From contig OX337241.1 in the NCBI GenBank assembly GCA_946965045.2, positions 620,001 through 684,000 of the forward strand: a stretch of 64,000 nt of DNA. Reading direction: 5' to 3'. The stretch is from Epithemia pelagica. Its lineage: Eukaryota; Protista; Bacillariophyta. A program made the position numbers and the translations under genes. How positions within the stretch are numbered: the stretch's first letter is position 1; the number at the start of each line of letters is the position of its first letter. Positions 57,139-64,000 of this stretch are shown piece after piece. The notes beneath the pieces are model-generated. The model saw nothing but the letters and a program-made list of their open reading frames with translations. It made no database searches and was not told the DNA's origin.

Positions 57139-59163
57139 CTAAGGCGCACATATGACATCATCTTCTTGCAGCGGTTTATTGAGAAGCGAGTCGGCAACAT
57201 ATTCTGCCCAAAAAGCATAGCATTTGGCGTTTGGATGAATACCATCAGCTGCGACAAATCCTTTAGAAAGTAATCCTAAGCTGGCACTAGTCGTATTCGT
57301 CTCGTTGTTGTATTCCAATGTCATTTGAGAATCGCGATCATACCATTCATTGACCACAGTTGCTGACAAGGGCATATACTTGATGTCCACTGGACAATCA
57401 TGGGCACTACTGTACTGGTCGGCCATTCGTTTCTTTTGACTTTCCCAATATCCAACAATCATGTCCAGCAAGAGGAAGAGAGGAAAGATACTAACCACCG
57501 TATTCTTGAGGAACATTTGAACAGGCATGGCAGGTAAAACGACCAGCATTTTGTCGGCCGAACTCGTACTTTCGTGTCCGCTTGAACAGCATATCGTTGC
57601 AATGTCCTTGAACAAGAGACGAAGATCTCGTCGGAACGCATAGGCAGAAAAGATCCTCCATGGCTTTACTGCAGCATCGGCGAATTGTAGTTTCAAATCA
57701 TTCATACCACACAAAATCACAAGGCAATCTGGTTTACGGCCAGCGTCCACTTCTTCCTTGAGCACTGGCAACAAAAACTCTCGAATGTGCGATACAGCGC
57801 CCCCATCCACACCTGCTGATCTCCAGGAAACTGAATGTTTTTGTCCTGATGCCAACGCTGCTGCTAATAGACGGGGGAAGATTGGACTCGTGGCGCTGTC
57901 TTGATTCGAGACTGGCTGAGTTGAGAATGCCGTGGTGTTTTCAATTCGCCAATACTCCAAGCCTTCCTCTGGCGGAGATCGAGTTTCAAAACGGTCAATG
58001 CAGCCGATACCAACAGCCAGAGAATCGCCAAGGACTAACACTCGTCTCAACGGTTTTGCTGGAGTTGCAGAGAAGGAAATTTCTCCTCGACCCGAAAGCG
58101 AGGATGTGGGTGATTGCGATAAAGACTGTGAGTGAAGAACGTCTCCATTGGTATCAGGGCTTAATCCTTCTATGTAAGGACTTGCGAGACCCAAAAGGTT
58201 GTTCCAAAGAAGTTTAGATTTCACATTCTTCAACAAATCCGGAAGCACAAAGTTGGCTACTCGTCGACTCACTGAATCAATCACCCTGACAAGAGCAAGA
58301 ACAATACCAATGTCCATCAAATGGGAGCACTTTAACCAGAGAACGTAAACCTTCTTCACAAGCAAGGGGAGCAATAGCACGAGAAACCGATTCATGCGCT
58401 TAACAACACGGCCGTATCGATCACTCAACGTATTATTCTTGTCAGTGAAAAGAAACCAGGAAGGAATGTATTCTTCAAGCAATGATGCATTTTCAGGTTC
58501 CGTCAAATCAAAGTCCTCGCGGTCATCGAGAGCTACCATTGTCTGCTTATTGGAAGATTCGACCAGAGCAGTAGATTCGATGGCAACATTTCTGGTTCTG
58601 ACATCTGGCATCATCGCCATTGCTTTCTCCCTCTTTATTTTTTCGGTTTGTATACGGCCTTGCTGTTTATGAACCCACGATATGCTACTGCAGTTATTGA
58701 CGTTGTTGGGATATTCAATGCCAACAGTGGGTCCAGGTGGAATGGCCAATTGTCCCTGAGGATTCGTTCGATACTGAAAAAGCGCGACGCCAGCTTGCAA
58801 GGCCGCGACCAACATTGTCGCTAAAACTGTCGAAAAGGCCAACCGCTGAACCCCTTCCATAGTCAACGTGAATCCAGAAAGAACAGATCCGGACTGCCCC
58901 GTATTGAGCAATCGGGAAAAACTGTTCAGCAAATCAGAACCATGTGCCTTTAGACGTGATAATTTGGTCCTTCCACCATCTTCAAACGCGTCTACGCTAG
59001 CCTCTTTCTGCAATCGTCTGCGATGTCCAAAGGGAAGAAACCGAGGCAAGAGAGGCTGGCCAGCAACCGCCAAGGCTGTCGATCGGTGTAACGAATCAAA
59101 GGCAGCGAGGAGGATTACTGCCGAGTGCAGGCAAACTGGAAGGAGATACATGATGGGTATCAA
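57139..59163 (-). CDS. Membrane-associated SGNH/GDSL-type hydrolase (674 aa)
   Basis: Blocks VLVLGDSLAVG (Ser), SAGVDGG (Gly), ILCGMNDL (Asn) and DGIHPN (Asp/His). N-terminal signal-like and TM segments. Confidence 0.85.
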   Translation of the reverse strand: MIPIMYLLPVCLHSAVILLAAFDSLHRSTALAVAGQPLLPRFLPFGHRRRLQKEASVDAFEDGGRTKLSRLKAHGSDLLNSFSRLLNTGQSGSVLSGFTLTMEGVQRLAFSTVLATMLVAALQAGVALFQYRTNPQGQLAIPPGPTVGIEYPNNVNNCSSISWVHKQQGRIQTEKIKREKAMAMMPDVRTRNVAIESTALVESSNKQTMVALDDREDFDLTEPENASLLEEYIPSWFLFTDKNNTLSDRYGRVVKRMNRFLVLLLPLLVKKVYVLWLKCSHLMDIGIVLALVRVIDSVSRRVANFVLPDLLKNVKSKLLWNNLLGLASPYIEGLSPDTNGDVLHSQSLSQSPTSSLSGRGEISFSATPAKPLRRVLVLGDSLAVGIGCIDRFETRSPPEEGLEYWRIENTTAFSTQPVSNQDSATSPIFPRLLAAALASGQKHSVSWRSAGVDGGAVSHIREFLLPVLKEEVDAGRKPDCLVILCGMNDLKLQFADAAVKPWRIFSAYAFRRDLRLLFKDIATICCSSGHESTSSADKMLVVLPAMPVQMFLKNTVVSIFPLFLLLDMIVGYWESQKKRMADQYSSAHDCPVDIKYMPLSATVVNEWYDRDSQMTLEYNNETNTTSASLGLLSKGFVAADGIHPNAKCYAFWAEYVADSLLNKPLQEDDVICAP

Positions 59164-61190
59164 ACAATCTCATGAACCTGACCTTGATCTCGTTCAATGG
59201 TCCGGCACGAATCTGCGGGTCTGGAAACCCTGGAGTATAGAGCTCATTCGCAATAGGATCGGAATTGGATTCAGAGTTCGCCACAGTTCAGAGTCGTGTT
59301 GTGGAAAACACGGTGAGCAGTTCGTCATCCGTCATGTCGGGTCTATCTTATCTACCTCTTCCTTTCCCTTGTTTTCTGGCGAGTCTCCTCAAAGTAGGCG
59401 GAGGAAGTGTACCACGAAGAAAGTTATTTACAATCTTGATTGACTAATGTCCTTGTCCATTGTCCATGTAAGCGCAAATGCTCTTTGCGTTGTGCAAACA
59501 AGGAGTACGGTATCTTGGATTCTCCGGTTTACCTGGACTCCTAGTTAGCTATGGAAAGGATAGGAGTAGGAGTAACTTCTTTGTCTTTTATCTTGGCAAC
59601 CAGGAGGAAAGGGACTTTTCTCTTTACATGGTTCTCTACTCTTGAACTATAGAAACGAGACTCCTGTGCCTTTCCTCGTGTCACTGGGAGGAAAATGACC
59701 TCTCTTTTCTCTTTCTTCTTGTCTACAGTTGACGTCCTATACAGCGGTCGTCACTGGAAGTTCTCTAAAATGAAGTAAGCGACGTCTGATGATTGGCCCA
59801 TCAAGTGTATGCATTATTATTTGTCGTGCCTTGTGTTCAAACTTCAAAATGTGAGAGCTTCTTGTGTTGCATTTTCGATCTTGTGAAGGCTAAGTTAGGA
59901 TTGTGCTCCTGAGAAATTCGAACTTCGAATTGAGAGAATTACTCCTAATAATTCATCGACCACTTTTGGTTCTCTTCGCTCTTCACTCTTCGGGGCTCGG
60001 AGTTCTCGTTCTACCAGGAAGACTAAATTACAAGTGCCATACCTATGACTCCATGCTCACTTGCATGCTGTCGAATGTTCGTTGGATGTGTAACGGCTCT
60101 GGCGACGATATGGTCAGTAATGGGAATGATGTATGCAGGATCTTGGTCTGTTCATCTAGAGCTCCTGAAATCATTGTCAAGCAATGTCTAGAGAGGCTTA
60201 CGGTGTGTGTTTGTTATTCTATCCATATGATAAAGCGCAAAATGTCACTAATCCACTCCTCCAGAGAGATGATAGACATGAATAGGAGTACTACGTCCGG
60301 CTAATGGTAGCAAAAATATTTTCGTACGGGTAGTTTTTCGAGGGCAATGGGCAATACTCAAACGATTTTTGCACCTCTGCTCGATACTTTCCACATCATA
60401 GTGACGTCACCAATTGCCTTCATGAAGCTTCTTGAGAATTTCTGCTGTCTTCGCGAGTCATGGAGAACAAACGGAACAAAGATGCGATTTCAATAACGAA
60501 TAACGATCGCAAATCGCAATAACAATTATCCCATAGCAGTCCCGTCCGCCGTCCGGTGTCGGAAGAACTGATTCTGTAGAACTCATTGTTTGTAATAGTG
60601 TACTGATTATCGATCCCAACCCGTACAAGTACAAGCTGGTTTCACGAGGAACCTGTCTAGTGTATTACAGTACAAATACTGTACTGACAATTTTGTACAT
60701 AAACGATAATAGTAATTATCTATGCCCCTTTGCTTCTCGACCATGATGAGGGCAAATTTGGGGAAACGATGCCGTTCAAACCAGGAAGACCATGAGTCAC
60801 CGGTCACCACGCTTGGCGCTCACTTCGAGTGCGGACTCGACCGATACACAAACGGCCCCTGTTCCCCAAACTCCACCGACGCAGCTGAATCAGCCATTGT
60901 TGCGGACACCGACGGCACCCAATCGAATGCATCCCACCACGTCGATTGGAGGCATGATCATGATGGGTCTTGCCCCCACCATCAAGTGACGCCCGATATC
61001 ACCAAGACCATTGACAACTCGGACCTGGATCAACCACATCGCAACAGTGATGATAATCATGTTGGATCACTAGATTGGCCCTGATGGTCTCCTCTGTGCA
61101 CAGAAGTAAGGTAATCGTAGAAGTAATGCAAAAGGGTTTCGAAACTGAGTGATTTAGAAAGAGTGAGCATTACGACTAGGATTGAGAGAA

Positions 61191-64000
61191 TGTTGTTATG
61201 CCAGATGAGATCGAGATGGTCCAAGACCTAGATGAGCTATAACCGCTTCCCATGCGGTTTGCATCCCAATGTCTCGTTGTGCGACTGACTTGATTCGGGA
61301 CCACGACATGAAGAGCGACTCAATTGAAGATTCCAACACCCTGCCTAATTGTGTCGCTCGAATGTCCATAGAAACCAAATTCTTCAGTGTCCTTGATGTC
61401 ATAAATTTTGAAAGATCGTCTTGTGTGCATGGTGTGAGTGTATATGGAACGATGAAAGTGATGCCCTGCCTGATTCGGATGTTCGTGATGATGTGTAAGT
61501 GATAAATGTTGATGTGATTTGGATTCGATTTGCTGATTTTGATTTCTGACTGATGATAGTGTTGTTTGCTTGAATTTTGATGCGTGTTCGACAATGGGCG
61601 TTTCACTGTGGTGTACTGGATTTCTGTTGGGGCTGAGTCACTTGGATGATCTTGTGTGAAGAAAGCATTTAAGCCAAAATGGAAGAGGACCTTGGTAAAC
61701 AAGCATGGCGGTTTCGGATCCATGATGCGGTTCAACGTGAGCGCCTTGATTGTTGGTGGTCGGAGTGACAGGATCGTCGTCGGCATTACAAGCAGGATCA
61801 AGATTGGAGCAATAGACAGAGACATGCTTGCGGAAATCTGGACCAGACAGGTTCTTGGTGAACACAAGATTGGAGCAATAGACAGAGACATGCTTGCGGA
61901 AATCTGGACCAGCTTGGTGAACAGATCAGCAGAATTGTCAGGTGAGTGCAGCCAAACGGTATGAATAATGCCTTCCTCCTTCATCTCACGAAGAAAATGC
62001 CATTTCACATCGATGTGTCGAGTGCGGCCACCAACGCTCCACGAGTGTGTCAGAGCAATGGCACCCTTGCAATCCATCTGCAAGATCATGGGTTTTTGCA
62101 CGGTCAGTCCCATCTGTTCGAGGACGCGCATACCGAAAAGCATGCGTTGGCCTGTTTCCACAGCAGCGACAATTTCGGCTTTGCTAACGGAAAGAGTAAC
62201 GCAATCTTGCATCCGACTGGACTCGGAAATTGGCGCGTCTTGGAGGAAAACAGAAATACCTGAGACACTGTGACGCTTGTCGGGGTCTTTGGCAAAGTCG
62301 GAATCACTACGGCCTCGAATGACAAACTCAAATCCTTCCTTGGTACCATCCCAACAACCAACCGGGCGCAGAATCTTGCTGCACGATGGAGTATCCATGC
62401 AGTAACGCATCACCCGATACATGGCTTTGAGATGATGCTGAGTGCCTTGTTTCATGAATTTGGAGAGTTCGCGGACAGAGTTCAAAATGTCGGGACGTGA
62501 CCAATCATGAGATGCAACAATTTACCGACGCCGCTCCGATACATGGACTGCTGTGTTGCGTTCAACTCATCCGTGCCATCGTCCTTCTTGAGAACTTCAC
62601 CAGGAGCTGCAGGTGTAGCATACTTCTGCGTTGTGGAAGGCACATCAAACTCATCGGAAAAGCTCTGCAGTAAGACGGGCTGCGAGAACTTACACGTGCG
62701 CTGTTCGCGGTCGAGATCAACCTTGCAACCGATATACTCGGTCAATTCACCACAATCGTCGCAGTCGAAGTGTTCCTTCATAGCTTCTTTGGAGTGAAGG
62801 ACTCCTGCTTCGGATCCACAGACCAAGAAATCATCCACCCACGAGAGCCAAATGACGAGGCCGAATGCAGTCCATGCGAAGTAGAGGCATGGATCAGCAC
62901 GGTTGCGCAAGAACTGGATAAGCTTCATAACTTCCTGGACCTTATTCCAAAAGGCACGAGCGGCTTGCTTTGTGCCATAAAGAGTCTTGCCAAGGAAGAT
63001 CAACCAACCAGGAGGATATTTGGACTCCATTCCTTTCGGAATGGTCATCCACATCTTCCGATCCTTTTCGAAGTCGCCGAGCAGAAAGGCTCCCTTGACA
63101 TCCATCACATGGACTACCCAATTCGCTAATATGATCAAGACGAAAATGATCATAATGGTCAGTTCGGAGGCCACTGGAGCAAACGTGGCATGACTGTCAT
63201 AGTGCTCCCCATCGACCTGTTCGTACCCTCGGGCATTTAATTGCGCGCGAAACGCTCCACTTGCTTTCTTTTTCATGGCCCATACGTTGCTAAGAATCTT
63301 GGCATCAGCTGGGACTTCGACAGGATCACAGGGGATAAAGACACCATTGTCAATCATCCTTTGATATTCTTTTTCAATGGACTCAAGCCATTGATCACGC
63401 TCTGGTCCATTGATGGCTTCCTCGTATGTCAAAACATGGAGCTCTCGGGTGTTTTGAATTCCTCCGCCCAGTCCTGCACCGACGAGTGCACATTCTCGGG
63501 CAAACGGTGATGAGTTGGGGCTCATGCCAGATGCTTCACAATCAACAGGAAATTCAGGAGCTTGGTATTCGGGGTCAATAGGTACTTGCTGGTATGCATT
63601 GCTGGCGTCAGTTACAAGGTCGGCGTGAAGAAAGGCTGCACTGATGTCGGAGTGATGGTCAAGGCTTGACTCCTCTTGGATCTCTTCGTAGTCACTGGAG
63701 TCATCGTCATTGGAGTCATAGTTGTCACGTGAGTCATCGGATTCAGGTTGTTCACTGAAGTCGGAGTCTTCGTGGCCCAGTTCGGCCATGGAGGAATAGT
63801 AGTTAATCTCCGACTGTGTAAGGGATAACTCATTGTAGTTGATCCCAGCACATTGATACTCTTCAATTAGACGTCGTGGTGGACGAATGTGACGACCTGT
63901 TCGCGTGACTTGATGTTGTCGAGGTGTAGCAGAAGTGATTGCGCTCACATTTTCATCTGCGTCTGTCGCTTGATCAATGGTTTCGACCATGGGAGTGTCC
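61191..64000 (-). mobile_element. Decayed Ty1/Copia element 3, 3' part (RT-RNaseH, candidate 3' LTR 61191..61338)
   Basis: RT motifs WAMKKK...RAQLNARG, MDVKGAFL, LYGTKQAA, WVDD; RNase H SDSDFA, SVSKAE, NSADLFTK. Frameshift near 62506 and a duplication at 61799..61923. The candidate LTR has TGTTG/CAACA termini after the purine tract AGGCAGGG but cannot be confirmed without its partner. Confidence 0.8.

Noticed and set aside
60722-61084. 120-aa ORF next to Copia 3
   Set aside because: Short, disordered and without a motif; cannot be supported as a gene.
1-64000. tRNA, rRNA or CRISPR arrays
   Set aside because: No cloverleaf with a T-loop consensus, no rRNA-like tract and no repeat-spacer array were found by eye; tRNAscan-SE or Infernal would be needed to be sure.

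Overview
Eukaryotic nuclear DNA, most likely from a pennate diatom. Evidence: GT-AG introns, a bipartite signal-peptide/ASAFAP-type plastid presequence on DXS, and CoDi-like Ty1/Copia elements. Housekeeping genes: DXS (5' end), an APC amino-acid/polyamine permease, glycine-cleavage T protein, an MSP/VAP-like protein, LSG1 GTPase, a lumenal FKBP, a RING protein, a P4-ATPase flippase and an SGNH hydrolase. These are interspersed with six + strand paralogs of an uncharacterised family (VRF...WY...GLE...FAQYL) and five mobile elements: three Copia elements and two DNA transposons. The most notable observations are: (1) a 6.2-kb element bounded by 17-bp TIRs, with a spliced Transib/RAG1/Chapaev-like DDE transposase tail-to-tail with an unknown 492-aa partner gene; (2) a Copia element whose primer-binding site is complementary to its own LTR in the geometry of Tf1-type self-priming, and which carries an extra ORF upstream of gag; (3) the six-member family, whose N-terminal motif resembles PP1-docking RVxF modules. 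All family assignments come from motif recognition by eye; no database search was run.
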